A stretch of DNA of 64,000 nucleotides from Polyangiales bacterium (lineage in GTDB: Bacteria; Myxococcota_A; Polyangia; Polyangiales; Houyiibacteriaceae), in assembly GCA_965227405.1 (NCBI GenBank), contig OZ245758.1:1449693-1513692 (forward strand), given 5' to 3'. Positions 17,581 to 27,671 of the stretch are shown piece by piece. The notes beneath the pieces were generated by a model. It ran no database searches. It had not been told where the DNA came from and worked only from the letters and a program-made list of their open reading frames with translations. Position numbers and translations under genes: made by a program. The first letter of the stretch is position 1, and each line of letters begins with the position of its first letter.

Positions 17581-17994
17581 ATGAAACACGCCCTCTGCGT
17601 CCTCGCGCTCCTCGCTTGCGGCTCGTCAGACGAAGCCACCACTTCATCCTCCACCGGCGGTGAACAAGAGGGTCCGTGCCCGTCTGACTTTGATGAGTGC
17701 TACGACGCAGACTCGCGCGCGGAGTGTCTCTCGGTCGCTGAAACGTGCCCGGAAGAGAACATCGTGGTCTTGGAAAGCTGCCCGGTTCAGTACGCGTGCG
17801 ACGAACCCAGCGTTGCTCCTGCGGATGGCGACGAGCCTGTCGCTTCCGACAACGGCGACACCTGTGCGGGATACAGCGTCACCGACTCGTGTATGAACGA
17901 AGAGAACTTCGCAGCATGCCAAGCAGCTGAAGCCCAGTGCCCAGGTTCGGTCGCCGTGATGGAGAGCTGTCCACTGCAGTTCGCGTGCGAATGA
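17581..17994 (+). CDS. Small secreted lipoprotein with two tandem copies of a 4-Cys module
   Basis: [16 protein letters not shown] lipobox. Module 1 is [28 protein letters not shown]. Module 2 is [26 protein letters not shown]. Confidence 0.6.
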   Translation: MKHALCVLALLACGSSDEATTSSSTGGEQEGPCPSDFDECYDADSRAECLSVAETCPEENIVVLESCPVQYACDEPSVAPADGDEPVASDNGDTCAGYSVTDSCMNEENFAACQAAEAQCPGSVAVMESCPLQFACE

Positions 17995-19085
17995 TCTCGC
18001 CGCTCTCCATTCCTGAACGCGTTCTCATGGGACCTGGTCCGTCCCATGTTCCTGCTTCCGTTCTGTCCGCGATGGCGCGTCCCACTATCGGGCATCTTGA
18101 TCCGGTCTTCCTGCAGATCATGAACGAGATCGCCGAGATGCTGCGCACACTCTTCGGCACCACCAACGCACTTACGATGCCGATGAGCGGCACCGGATCA
18201 GCCGGCATGGAAACCTGCTTGGTCAACCTTCTTGAACCAGGCGACCGCGCGATCATCGGCATCCACGGCGTGTTCGGCGGTCGTATGGCCGAGGTCGCCC
18301 GACGTTGCGGTGCCGAAGTCGAGACCGTCGAAGTCGAGTGGGGCAAACCGCTCGACCCCAACGACTTCCGCAAAGGCGGCCAAGCCAAACTCATCGCACT
18401 CGTGCACGCCGAAACATCCACGGGTGTCCTTCAGGACCTGTCGCCCTTTCGCTCTATCGCCGACGAGCTCGGTGCACTTCTCGTCATCGATGCGGTCACG
18501 TCACTCGGCGGTGTCCGCGTGGATCTCGACACGCACGGTATCGACGCAGCGTACTCGGGATCGCAAAAGTGCTTGAGTGGACCACCGGGTCTATCCCCCG
18601 TTTCGTTTTCGACGCGTGCGCTCGACGCGATGAAGTCACGCAAGAGTCCCGTTCAAAGCTGGTACTTGGACATCGGCCTGATCGCCCGGTACTGGGGCGA
18701 GGAGCGCGCGTACCACCACACCGCACCCATCAACTCGCTCTACGGACTCCACGAAGCGTGTCGACTGGCGTGTGAAGAAGGGCTCGATGCACGGGTGGCT
18801 CGTCACACATCGATGAGCACGCGATTGATCACCGGCCTGCGCGAACTGGGTCTCAACGTTGCTGGTGATGAGAGTACGCGCTTGCCTCCACTCACACTCG
18901 TTCGAACGAACGAGCTCGATGAGGGCGCGATTCGTCGCTCGCTACTCGACGAATACGGTTTGGAGATCGGCGGCGGACTCGGCGCGTTCAAGGGTCAAGC
19001 GTGGCGAATCGGGCTAATGGGCGCGTCCGCTCAACCTCGATTCGTCGACTTGTGTTTGAGTGCGCTACGAAACGCGATGCGCTGA
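17991..19085 (+). CDS. Class V aminotransferase (alanine--glyoxylate / serine--pyruvate aminotransferase family)
   Basis: ATGA overlap. [19 protein letters not shown]-terminus and [12 protein letters not shown] (PLP-Lys), typical of AGXT-family enzymes. Confidence 0.85.
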   Translation: MISPLSIPERVLMGPGPSHVPASVLSAMARPTIGHLDPVFLQIMNEIAEMLRTLFGTTNALTMPMSGTGSAGMETCLVNLLEPGDRAIIGIHGVFGGRMAEVARRCGAEVETVEVEWGKPLDPNDFRKGGQAKLIALVHAETSTGVLQDLSPFRSIADELGALLVIDAVTSLGGVRVDLDTHGIDAAYSGSQKCLSGPPGLSPVSFSTRALDAMKSRKSPVQSWYLDIGLIARYWGEERAYHHTAPINSLYGLHEACRLACEEGLDARVARHTSMSTRLITGLRELGLNVAGDESTRLPPLTLVRTNELDEGAIRRSLLDEYGLEIGGGLGAFKGQAWRIGLMGASAQPRFVDLCLSALRNAMR

Positions 19086-19086
19086 C

Positions 19087-20463
19087 CTACGATTCGATTT
19101 CGGTGCACGACTCGGTGACGTAGCCACCGCCGTTTCCGAAATCCGCGGCGTCCACACCGGCTGCACGCATCATCGTCAGCAACACCTTCGAAGTGTTTTC
19201 CGCGCTCGACGATCGGTAGTGAACACCCGGCGTACGCAGGTAGCCGCATGCGCCTCCCGCGACCAGAATCGGGTAGTCATCCAGTCCGTGGTCCCACGAG
19301 AGGTCGGTGCTGCCCAACACCGCCATGTGGTCGAGCAGCACCCCATCGCCTTCGGGAATGTCGCGGAACGCAGCGATCATGTCGCTGAAGCACTCCATGA
19401 TGTACAGCGTCGCCACATGAACATCGGCCCAGGGATCACCCTCGTCGTGCGTTTGTGAGTGGTGGCCTCCCGACGTACCCGGGTAACGCGTGTTGCTCAC
19501 ACTGCCGCTAAACATGTTGGAGAACACCCGAGTCTGATCACACGCGAGCGCCATGGCCATGACTTGCGCCATGAGTCGATTGCGCTCGCGCAGATCTCCA
19601 CCAGGGTCGCCGGGGACTTCGGTCGGCTCTTCACACGCCGCCAAGTACGGGGGTGGGGTGAGCTCTTCGAGCATCGCGATCTGAAGCTCGAGATCGCGAA
19701 TACCAGCCATGTGTTGATCGAGACGTGCGCGGTCGGAGGTGCCCAGTCGAGCCCGAAGACTATTCGCGTCCTCGAGCACCGCATCGAGCACACTGCGCCG
19801 AAGGGCGAGTCGCGGATCGACCGGTGGCGTTTCCCCAGGAGGCGTGAATCCCTCTCCAAAGATCCGATCAAAGAGCGCACGCGGCGAGTACTCCGGCGGA
19901 TTCACGTTGTCGGGTCCGTTGTGCGACAGATACTTGAGCGTGGTGCCTTCGCTACCCGGAGCTCCGTCGTGCACGCCGTACTCGATCGAGGGGAATCGGG
20001 TCTCGCGCGGAAGCGCGTCTGCGATCACCTGGTCGATCGAGGGTGCGCTAAACGTCGAGGCGTAGCCCGCGCCCATCGGGTCCTGCGAGATCATCGGCGA
20101 GCCCGACAAGATCCCCACCGTACCTGCGTGGTGTCCGCGCTCGTTACCCGTCCGCACACGCATACCGGTAATGACGCTGACCCAGTCACGCACAGGTGCG
20201 AGCGACGCGAGTTGCTCTGAGAGTTCGTACCCCGCGCCCGTTGTGGGTGGCGTCCATCGTTCGGGGATCACACCGTTGCCCCAAAAGAAGATCCCGAAGC
20301 GACGAGGAATCGCACCACCGTCGGCGAGAGCGGTGCCGTTTTCGTTGAACATCGAGTCGAAGATTGGCAGTCCCACCGTGACAAGGGAGCCGCCCACCAT
20401 TCCGCGTAGAACGTTGCGGCGACTTACCCGACGCGCGCGCTTCTTGGTTTTCTTTACGCTCAC
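19087..20463 (-). CDS. DUF1552-family secreted protein with twin-arginine (Tat) signal
   Basis: GTG start with AGGAGAG RBS. VSVKKTKKRARRVSRRNVLRGMVGG Tat motif. The start overlaps the upstream stop (GTGA). The track ORF from 20634 is over-extended. Confidence 0.8.
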   Translation of the reverse strand: MSVKKTKKRARRVSRRNVLRGMVGGSLVTVGLPIFDSMFNENGTALADGGAIPRRFGIFFWGNGVIPERWTPPTTGAGYELSEQLASLAPVRDWVSVITGMRVRTGNERGHHAGTVGILSGSPMISQDPMGAGYASTFSAPSIDQVIADALPRETRFPSIEYGVHDGAPGSEGTTLKYLSHNGPDNVNPPEYSPRALFDRIFGEGFTPPGETPPVDPRLALRRSVLDAVLEDANSLRARLGTSDRARLDQHMAGIRDLELQIAMLEELTPPPYLAACEEPTEVPGDPGGDLRERNRLMAQVMAMALACDQTRVFSNMFSGSVSNTRYPGTSGGHHSQTHDEGDPWADVHVATLYIMECFSDMIAAFRDIPEGDGVLLDHMAVLGSTDLSWDHGLDDYPILVAGGACGYLRTPGVHYRSSSAENTSKVLLTMMRAAGVDAADFGNGGGYVTESCTEIES

Positions 20464-22070
20464 AGCGGCTCTCCTGCTTCGCGAAAGCTTCGACTCATCA
20501 TCATTTGGGCCATCATTTCGCGCAGGCGATAGCCGTTGTCGGTGAACTTCTGCGTGAGGTCGTCGATTTCGATGAACTGCGGTCCGCTTTCGGTTTCGCC
20601 AACTGCGTAGCGGAAGAAGTTTCGGGTGATGCACTGAGCGAGGTCAGGGTGTTCCGCGACGACGCGTCCGAGGTCCGCGCCGTCCGAGAACAGCGCACCG
20701 TCCACTTCACCGGTGGGATCGATCGTCGCCCCGTTTTCCGTGCTTCGCCATCCACCGATGGCGTTGAAGTTCTCCAAACCAAGTCCGATGGGATCCATCA
20801 GCGCGTGACAGCTGGAACAGCCATCGTTCATCAAGTGCTCGGCGACGCGTTCCTTGAGCGTGGGTGCGTCGCTGGGTGGGAACACCGTACTCACGTCGGG
20901 AGGCGGAGGCGGGATTGTTCCGCACAACAACACCTGTCGAACAAATCGGCCGCGCAACGCTGCCGAGGTTTTCTCGTCGTGCGAATAAATGCTGAGCAGG
21001 CTCGCGTGACCCAGAAGACCACGTCGCTCGGGCGGCAACGACACTTCGGCGAACTCGGTACGATCCGCCAAATCCGGAGCCTCACTTCCGAGGCCGTAAT
21101 GCGTCGCCAACTGTGCGTTGACGAAGGTGGTGTCGCTCGTAAACAGCTCGCGGTAGTCGGCGTCTTCGTCAAACACGAGATGCTCGATCAGCATCAACGT
21201 TTCTTCGCGTGCCGCCTCGCGGAAGCTGTCGTTGAACAATGGAAACGCCAGCTCGTTCTTCTCCACCGACTCGAGTTCATCCAACACCAGCAGTTCGCTG
21301 AAGAAGTTTCGAACGGCTTGGCGCGAGCGATCGGAAGCAAGGAGTCGGTCGACCTGGGCGCGCAGCCCCTCGTCCTGCGTCAGCTCACCCCGTTCGGCCG
21401 CTTGCAGCAGAAGCTCATCGGGCGTGGAGTTCCACAGGACATAGCTGAGCCGAGATGCCATCTCGAAGTCGGTGTAGCGATGGTTCTCACCGTCGGGTTC
21501 GCCGAGTTCGACACGGAACAAGAAGTTTGGCGACTGAAGAAAACCCGCCAACGCGAACTCGAGACCTGCGTAGGGGTCACTGAGCGTCGACGATGCGTTG
21601 TCCGCGACACCCACGTAGCGCGTAACTTCTGCTTCGGTGAGGGGTCGACGAAAGAGGCGCCGACCGATCGTGCGAACAAACTCTTCCGTGCACGCTGCCT
21701 CAAGAACCGAACAAGGAACGAACGCGTCACGACGTTCCGGACTGAGAGCCTGGCTGGCGAGGTCGAAGGCCGCTTCTTCGTAGTTCTCGACGCCGCGTCC
21801 GGAAATCGTGGTGCGCGACGAACCGATCGACACGAAACCGTTCAGCGTCGTGTCGGGTTCGGTAATTTCCGGAAGCGTCAGCCCTTCACCGAGCACGTCG
21901 GTCACGGAGTTGTAGTACTGCGTGACGGTCAGTCGCTGCATCGCAGCCGTGACAGGCTGGAACGGAAGCGCTTCGCGGATGGGGTTGTCCGGATCCGTTC
22001 CGTCGACATCCCCGATCGACCCGGTGCAGGCAATCGCACCGAGAACAACCAACCAGGTCACCCTACCCAT
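20460..22070 (-). CDS. DUF1592/DUF1585-family (PSD-domain) protein with CxxCH heme-binding motif and lipoprotein signal
   Basis: MGRVTWLVVLGAIACTG signal and DGCSSCHALMDP CxxCH. Paired with and translationally coupled to the downstream DUF1552 gene. Confidence 0.8.
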   Translation of the reverse strand: MGRVTWLVVLGAIACTGSIGDVDGTDPDNPIREALPFQPVTAAMQRLTVTQYYNSVTDVLGEGLTLPEITEPDTTLNGFVSIGSSRTTISGRGVENYEEAAFDLASQALSPERRDAFVPCSVLEAACTEEFVRTIGRRLFRRPLTEAEVTRYVGVADNASSTLSDPYAGLEFALAGFLQSPNFLFRVELGEPDGENHRYTDFEMASRLSYVLWNSTPDELLLQAAERGELTQDEGLRAQVDRLLASDRSRQAVRNFFSELLVLDELESVEKNELAFPLFNDSFREAAREETLMLIEHLVFDEDADYRELFTSDTTFVNAQLATHYGLGSEAPDLADRTEFAEVSLPPERRGLLGHASLLSIYSHDEKTSAALRGRFVRQVLLCGTIPPPPPDVSTVFPPSDAPTLKERVAEHLMNDGCSSCHALMDPIGLGLENFNAIGGWRSTENGATIDPTGEVDGALFSDGADLGRVVAEHPDLAQCITRNFFRYAVGETESGPQFIEIDDLTQKFTDNGYRLREMMAQMMMSRSFREAGEPL

Positions 22071-22130
22071 AGGGAACTATATCAACCCGAAGCGGCCGAA
22101 CGTACGGTCGAATCGGTCGTCGTAACATCA

Positions 22131-23234
22131 CTAACGATTCCGAACACAACGAACGTGACGTACTTCGGTCACGTCCTCGAGATCGCTCAGTCCTCGACTG
22201 AAGTTCACCGTCCACACCGCTTCCTCACCCAAGTCCCGTCGCGTGTTGGTCCAGAAACCAACGTCGTAGGGCGTGTCGGGGAACAAGAACCGGTCGATCG
22301 AGGGGTTGTAGCCAGCCTCATCCACCAACGACTGCATTTCGTTGAGCGTAGGAAGTCGCGCGCCCTTGTCGGCACAGTACTCGTACGCGCGCTCGAAGGT
22401 GCTCGGTGTGTACGCCTCGCGGTCCCAACGAAGGTTGGTGTTGGCGTCCTCGACGTACTCCTCGTCGACCACGACCTGGTCTTCCGGCAACACCACTTCA
22501 TCGGTGGCGACACAACGGGTGTATGCGCTGGCCATGCCTTCGTCGGAAAGAACCGTTTCGCCCTGACCAAAGTAGATCGAGTAGACGCGACCTTCACTGT
22601 GCTGTGAGCGCGACTGCGTCCAGAAGTAGTTCTCCGGCGTGTCGGGGAACACGTCGTAATCGAGCGAAGGCGTCTGCGTCGCGTCCAGAATCGTGACGAG
22701 TTCAATGCGACCCGGAAGACGCCAATCGTCACGTCCGCCGATCGTCAACGAGTCACAGTACGTGCGTGCATCGAAGTAGGTGCGGCGCGTGCCATCTGCG
22801 TATCGCTGCCAGATCAGATTCGTGGTGCGATCCAGAACCGTTTCGCCGTTCGCTTGGTAGTTCGGCGCTCCTACCGGATACGACGCACGACCATACGTTC
22901 CACAAAGCGGTTCATCGTCGTAGTCACAGTCACATCCCCGTACGTTGCAACGCTCGAACGCCTCGCACGTGATGTCGCAACCGCCGCAGTGAACTGGGTT
23001 GTAGCCCTCGACGCACACCCCGTCGCAGAGGTAGTCGCACATGTCGTCGCCTGCATCGACGTCGCCTGCGTCCGTTCCGTCGCCCGTGTCGATGCCGCCG
23101 CCGTCGTCCATCGGACCGGCGTCATCCATCCCAGCATCAGGGCCAGGACCGGAGTCCTCGCCCATCATCGGCGGGTCTTCTGTACACCCCAGCGGAAAGA
23201 CCAGAGCGCAAACCAAAGCAAATCGCAGAGCCAC
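22131..23234 (-). CDS. Lipoprotein with an acidic Cys-rich N-terminal region and two DUF1566 (Lcl C-terminal-like) domains
   Basis: Signal FPLGCTED. Two repeats of TNLIWQRYADGT...YCDSL...GGRDDWRLPGRIELVTILD and NLRWDREAYTP...YCADKGARLPTLNEMQSLVD. Confidence 0.7.
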   Translation of the reverse strand: MALRFALVCALVFPLGCTEDPPMMGEDSGPGPDAGMDDAGPMDDGGGIDTGDGTDAGDVDAGDDMCDYLCDGVCVEGYNPVHCGGCDITCEAFERCNVRGCDCDYDDEPLCGTYGRASYPVGAPNYQANGETVLDRTTNLIWQRYADGTRRTYFDARTYCDSLTIGGRDDWRLPGRIELVTILDATQTPSLDYDVFPDTPENYFWTQSRSQHSEGRVYSIYFGQGETVLSDEGMASAYTRCVATDEVVLPEDQVVVDEEYVEDANTNLRWDREAYTPSTFERAYEYCADKGARLPTLNEMQSLVDEAGYNPSIDRFLFPDTPYDVGFWTNTRRDLGEEAVWTVNFSRGLSDLEDVTEVRHVRCVRNR

Positions 23235-23399
23235 GCCCGTGATAGAGCAGAAACCGATCCAACGGGATTTGCTCCGTAAACCCTCAGAATTATAGATTTT
23301 CAGGGATGGGGTGGCTTGGCCCCTGGTGCCAGCCGTCCCCGGCGTCTGGACCCCGAATCGACGCTGGGGACTCTACTCCTCTGACGGCTACTGCCACAT

Positions 23400-26219
23400 C
23401 TAGGGATATCCATTGAGCGTGAAGGCTCGAAGCGTGATTCCCGTGAGTGTCCCGTCGGTGAAGGCGACGTCGGCCATCCCGCCGTGACCTTGGTACTGCG
23501 CGAAGTTCGGCGCGTGCAAACAGGTCTCGCCGCTCTCACACATGCTGTTGTCGTTGCCGATGCCGTCGCCGTACTCCTCGATCGCGTTGATGAGGAAGAC
23601 GGTCTGGCAGCTGCCACCGACAAACGTCGAGCCCGTGATCGCCGCTTCGCAGTCTGCAGTGTCGGCGGCACCGGGAACGTCCCAGACCTTGATCCAGATG
23701 TCGTTGCCTGTCGGCACATCCATCCGGCGGAACGTGGTGTCTCCGTTGCGTAGACCAAAGTCCCAGATACGACAGTTGCCGGTGCACTCACCGCGGTTCT
23801 CCGGCATCGGGAAGCCGGGAACCACTTCGACACCCCAGGCGCGGCTCGAATGATCGAGCAGCGTCCAATCGAGATCGGGCCCACGTGGTGCAAGACCGGC
23901 GGTGTCAAAGGTGCTGGTGGCATCGTCCATGGAGATCTTGCCGACGAACGCCGGAAGCGCACTCAACAAGGACTGGATGGAAGTGATCGCCGAGGGCGGT
24001 TCCTCGACCATGCACGTGCCTGCAACGAGTCCATCATCGGGACGGTTCGAAAGACATCCCGCATCCCCCAATCGAATGTGCCCGCGGAACGAGACCGAGG
24101 TGGCGTTGAGGTTGACTTCGGCGGTGGTCGAGTCGGTGATCGCGATGTTTCCAGCGATGTGACCGGAGCCCCGCAGGTAAGACAGACCAATGTCGCCGTT
24201 GATCGACGCCACGTTGAAGACAGTCGATACGCCCATATCCGCCATCGCGATTCCGGCCGTCCAACTGTTGGCAAGGGTCGCGTGGTGAACACCCGAGTTG
24301 TTTCCGTTGATGACGCGCACACCGAATTGTTCGCGTGAAGGCGGGCTCGGTGTGGTGTCGCCGTTGTTCGCGGAGAGGATGTGTGCGACGAGCGAGTTTC
24401 CACCCCGCACATCAAATCCGTGGCGACCGTTGCTGTACGCACGGGCGTCTTGGACGAGCGTGTGTGCAGCTGTGATCGTGAAGCCGTCATCCGTGTTGAG
24501 CGCGGACGTCGCGTTGTAGATGCTGACATCGACGGTGTTGATCCCGTCCACCGCCACGCCGTTTCCGTCGTTGTTGTACGAAAGCACGCCCGTTAACGAA
24601 GCGGCATCGGAGTTGTTCTCCACGGTCACGCCATCGTCACTATTGTCGAACGAACGCAGGTTGGAGATCGCACAGCGAACCGCAGGCTGAAAACGAATGC
24701 CGCGCCCACCGTTGTCCGACGAAACGATGTCGGACACCGTGCAGTCCGTACCCGAAATCGTCGCGCCCTCGCCTCCGTTGTCGGTCGCCGTCAAGTCCGC
24801 AACCGAATCGATGCTGCGCAGTTCAAAACCAGCACCCGCGCCATTGGTCGCCGCCAGCTCCGTGAGCACCACGCCAGTGCTGTTGCGCACGCGAATCGCG
24901 GTGTTCGTACTGGCATCGCACGCCACCTCATCCATGGTGAAGCCGTCGGCTTGTGTGACGTCCACAGCACGTCCGCAGTTATCGAGCGTCAGTTCTTCGA
25001 CGTGGTTGCCTCGCATCGGCGAACCGCCGGGTCCGACCAACGAGAGACACGTATTCGAAATGGTGTCCATCGATACGCGCGCCACTGTGTTGCTGTGACT
25101 CGCTCCGGCGATCTCGATACCGACAACGCCACCATCGATGGTCATGTCGGTGGCTGACGAGCAGCGCACGTTGCGGAGGTTGATCGCGCGAACACGCGAA
25201 ACGTTCCACATGCCACCTTCGACGCGAATGAAGTCAGCGTTGTTCGCATCCACAATGCTCGACGCAGACAAACCATTGATGTCGACGCTACCGAACAAGA
25301 GCGACACGCCAGAAACGCCATCCAAGATGAAGTCCTGACTCGATGCAGACTCGACGATGTAGAGCGTTCCGTCCGCTGCTGCACCGGACGCCAGACCACC
25401 AGACGCATCGGCAATCGGGTTATCCCACCACTCGATCGCGTCGGAGGTGTAGACCATCGAACCGTCGGTGTCGTCGAGCACGGTGATGAAGTTGTCGAGA
25501 AAACCACGCTCGGGTGTGTCGATGAGCATCCGAATCGAGCCCACCGGGTCGGAGCTGACGAACACGATGCCGCCATCTTCCTCAAAGCAGGTCCACGAGA
25601 AGAAGCGCAGATCATCGGTGGCACTGAGGTTGTCGCAGCTGGTTTGGCCGGGCACGCGAATCTGTCGCGCTTCACCACCGTCGAAACAGTCGGTGCATCC
25701 GGCACCCGCGTCATCTGGATCACACGGGCTATCTGCTCCGGCAGCCATACTCGCCACCCAGTCACCCCAGTTCAGTCCGTTGACGGGGTAACGCGCCATG
25801 GTCGCGCACTCGATGATCACATCAGTCACGTTTGCGCCCGCAATGGTTCCACTCGCGTTGCCCACGGAGCAGTGAGCCGCCGATCCACTCGGGTGCTCGA
25901 GCACGCTCACCGTGTAGCTGGTGCCGTCGTCGATGGGTGTCGCAAAGGTGAACGAACCATCGGCGTCGATCGCGAGGTCGTCACCGTCGTTGAGCTGCAA
26001 GGTCGTCGGACCGGTCAGACCTTCGATCATTCCACCGACTGTGAACGGACCGCCGGGCGCATCGGTGCCGGTGTCGTTCATGGTGTCACTCATGACGGTA
26101 TCGGTTGTGGAGTCGACAAGCGCATCCACTGCGCCGTCTGCACCCGCATCCGGATTGGTCATTCCATCGTCGTCACCGCACCCCGCGATGACGACTAGGG
26201 CAAGAAGAAACCGCTTCAT
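23400..26219 (-). CDS. Large secreted lipoprotein with right-handed parallel beta-helix (PbH1) repeats
   Basis: MKRFLLALVVIAGCGDDDG lipobox. Many NxGxxGxxI/V-type repeats (SDNGGRGIRFQ, NNDGNGVAVDG, YSNGRHGFDVRG). Confidence 0.75.
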   Translation of the reverse strand: MKRFLLALVVIAGCGDDDGMTNPDAGADGAVDALVDSTTDTVMSDTMNDTGTDAPGGPFTVGGMIEGLTGPTTLQLNDGDDLAIDADGSFTFATPIDDGTSYTVSVLEHPSGSAAHCSVGNASGTIAGANVTDVIIECATMARYPVNGLNWGDWVASMAAGADSPCDPDDAGAGCTDCFDGGEARQIRVPGQTSCDNLSATDDLRFFSWTCFEEDGGIVFVSSDPVGSIRMLIDTPERGFLDNFITVLDDTDGSMVYTSDAIEWWDNPIADASGGLASGAAADGTLYIVESASSQDFILDGVSGVSLLFGSVDINGLSASSIVDANNADFIRVEGGMWNVSRVRAINLRNVRCSSATDMTIDGGVVGIEIAGASHSNTVARVSMDTISNTCLSLVGPGGSPMRGNHVEELTLDNCGRAVDVTQADGFTMDEVACDASTNTAIRVRNSTGVVLTELAATNGAGAGFELRSIDSVADLTATDNGGEGATISGTDCTVSDIVSSDNGGRGIRFQPAVRCAISNLRSFDNSDDGVTVENNSDAASLTGVLSYNNDGNGVAVDGINTVDVSIYNATSALNTDDGFTITAAHTLVQDARAYSNGRHGFDVRGGNSLVAHILSANNGDTTPSPPSREQFGVRVINGNNSGVHHATLANSWTAGIAMADMGVSTVFNVASINGDIGLSYLRGSGHIAGNIAITDSTTAEVNLNATSVSFRGHIRLGDAGCLSNRPDDGLVAGTCMVEEPPSAITSIQSLLSALPAFVGKISMDDATSTFDTAGLAPRGPDLDWTLLDHSSRAWGVEVVPGFPMPENRGECTGNCRIWDFGLRNGDTTFRRMDVPTGNDIWIKVWDVPGAADTADCEAAITGSTFVGGSCQTVFLINAIEEYGDGIGNDNSMCESGETCLHAPNFAQYQGHGGMADVAFTDGTLTGITLRAFTLNGYP

Positions 26220-26252
26220 GCATCCCCCCAGTTTGGGGTGCAGAGTATTTAT

Positions 26253-27671
26253 CTACGTCAGCATTGGCAATGCACCGCGAAGAGAGATCGGGTTTCCATC
26301 CCGATCGTTCAGTTCGGTCAGGCCAAAACTATCGTCGGGCATTCCCATCCCCTGCATGAGGCTCACGTAGAGCTGGGTGTTGGGCGGACCGATGAAGAAG
26401 TCACCGCCGTAGCTAAAGGGCGTGAGTTGGTTGCTCGCGAAGTGCACGTAGCGACCCGTTCGAAAGTGTCCGCATCCACTTCCTGCAATCACCGTGGGCG
26501 TTTGATCCAACCAATGCGTTCCGGTCGCCAACTCCGTGAGCCACACGACCATCGTGTTGTCGAGCAGCGTGCCTCCATTCTCAGGAATGGAATCCAGTTC
26601 GTCCAAGAGGGTCGCGAAGTGCTCTGCGTACACGCGGTTGTAGTCGGTCATCCCCTGCGCTGCAGACGGCGTGTAGCCGGCAGCATCATCGGTGGAGTTG
26701 TGCGCCAAGTCCTGATGGATGTTGATGCTTTCGTCGGCGCCGAACTCCATGTTCGACAGACGCGGCGTCACAATCGTCACCACGCGCGTGAGATCACAGG
26801 CAAGCGCCATCGCTGCAATACGTGCGAACTGCCCGATCTCGTGTCCGTCCGCGCTGAACATCGGATCGCACGCGGGTCCCATTGGTCCCGCAGTCAACGT
26901 CACTTCGAGATCACGAACCAACTGTCGATGGCGATCGAGCTTCTCGCGATCCTCCGCGCCCAGGCGTGGCAACACCGCATCGAACTCGTCGGCAGCAAGG
27001 TCCAACACACTACTGCGCGCGGCTCGAATTCGTTCTTCACGCGTCGGCTCACCGCTCGTATCCGGTGGAACCAGTCCGACAATGTCGGCAAACGCGTTCA
27101 TCGGCGAGTCTTCACGCGGCGAAGGTTCACCTCGCGCCACAAAGCTGTACGGGTGCTGGTGGCGAAAGCCATACACACGACTGGCCCAACGCCCGGGCTG
27201 ACCCACAGCATCGCCGATCACTTGGTCGATGCTGCGTGCACCACCAATCACGGTGTTGCCTTCGCGCTGCCATCCGTAGTCGCAGGTCATCAAGTGCGCC
27301 TGTGCGACGTGGTGTTCGTTCGCGTCGTCCCCAAGCCCTTCGCGCTGCACACGATGGATCTCTCCGTACGCAGTCGTGCGCGCAAGGTTGTCCACAACCA
27401 AGAGCTTTTGGCGATGGCGGTACAGCGGCCGAAGGATCTCCGACCACTCGCCTTCCGCACGACCGGTCAAATCGTAGTCGTAGTCCGAACCATCCATCCC
27501 TGCCTGCCGCATGCGCCAGCGGTTGGGCACCGTTCCATGCGGTGTGACGTAGAAAACCACGCGCACGGGATCGTCGGCGCTCGCGCGTGCGGGTGTACGC
27601 AAACTCGGCAACGCGAGCGTGCCGGCACCGAGTCCCAACGCGGCGAGGAAACGTCGACGATCGAACTTCAT
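26253..27671 (-). CDS. DUF1552-family secreted protein with Tat signal
   Basis: MKFDRRRFLAALGLGAGTLALP Tat motif. ATGA overlap with the upstream DUF1592 stop. Paralogous to 19087..20463 and 31030..32436. Confidence 0.8.
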   Translation of the reverse strand: MKFDRRRFLAALGLGAGTLALPSLRTPARASADDPVRVVFYVTPHGTVPNRWRMRQAGMDGSDYDYDLTGRAEGEWSEILRPLYRHRQKLLVVDNLARTTAYGEIHRVQREGLGDDANEHHVAQAHLMTCDYGWQREGNTVIGGARSIDQVIGDAVGQPGRWASRVYGFRHQHPYSFVARGEPSPREDSPMNAFADIVGLVPPDTSGEPTREERIRAARSSVLDLAADEFDAVLPRLGAEDREKLDRHRQLVRDLEVTLTAGPMGPACDPMFSADGHEIGQFARIAAMALACDLTRVVTIVTPRLSNMEFGADESINIHQDLAHNSTDDAAGYTPSAAQGMTDYNRVYAEHFATLLDELDSIPENGGTLLDNTMVVWLTELATGTHWLDQTPTVIAGSGCGHFRTGRYVHFASNQLTPFSYGGDFFIGPPNTQLYVSLMQGMGMPDDSFGLTELNDRDGNPISLRGALPMLT

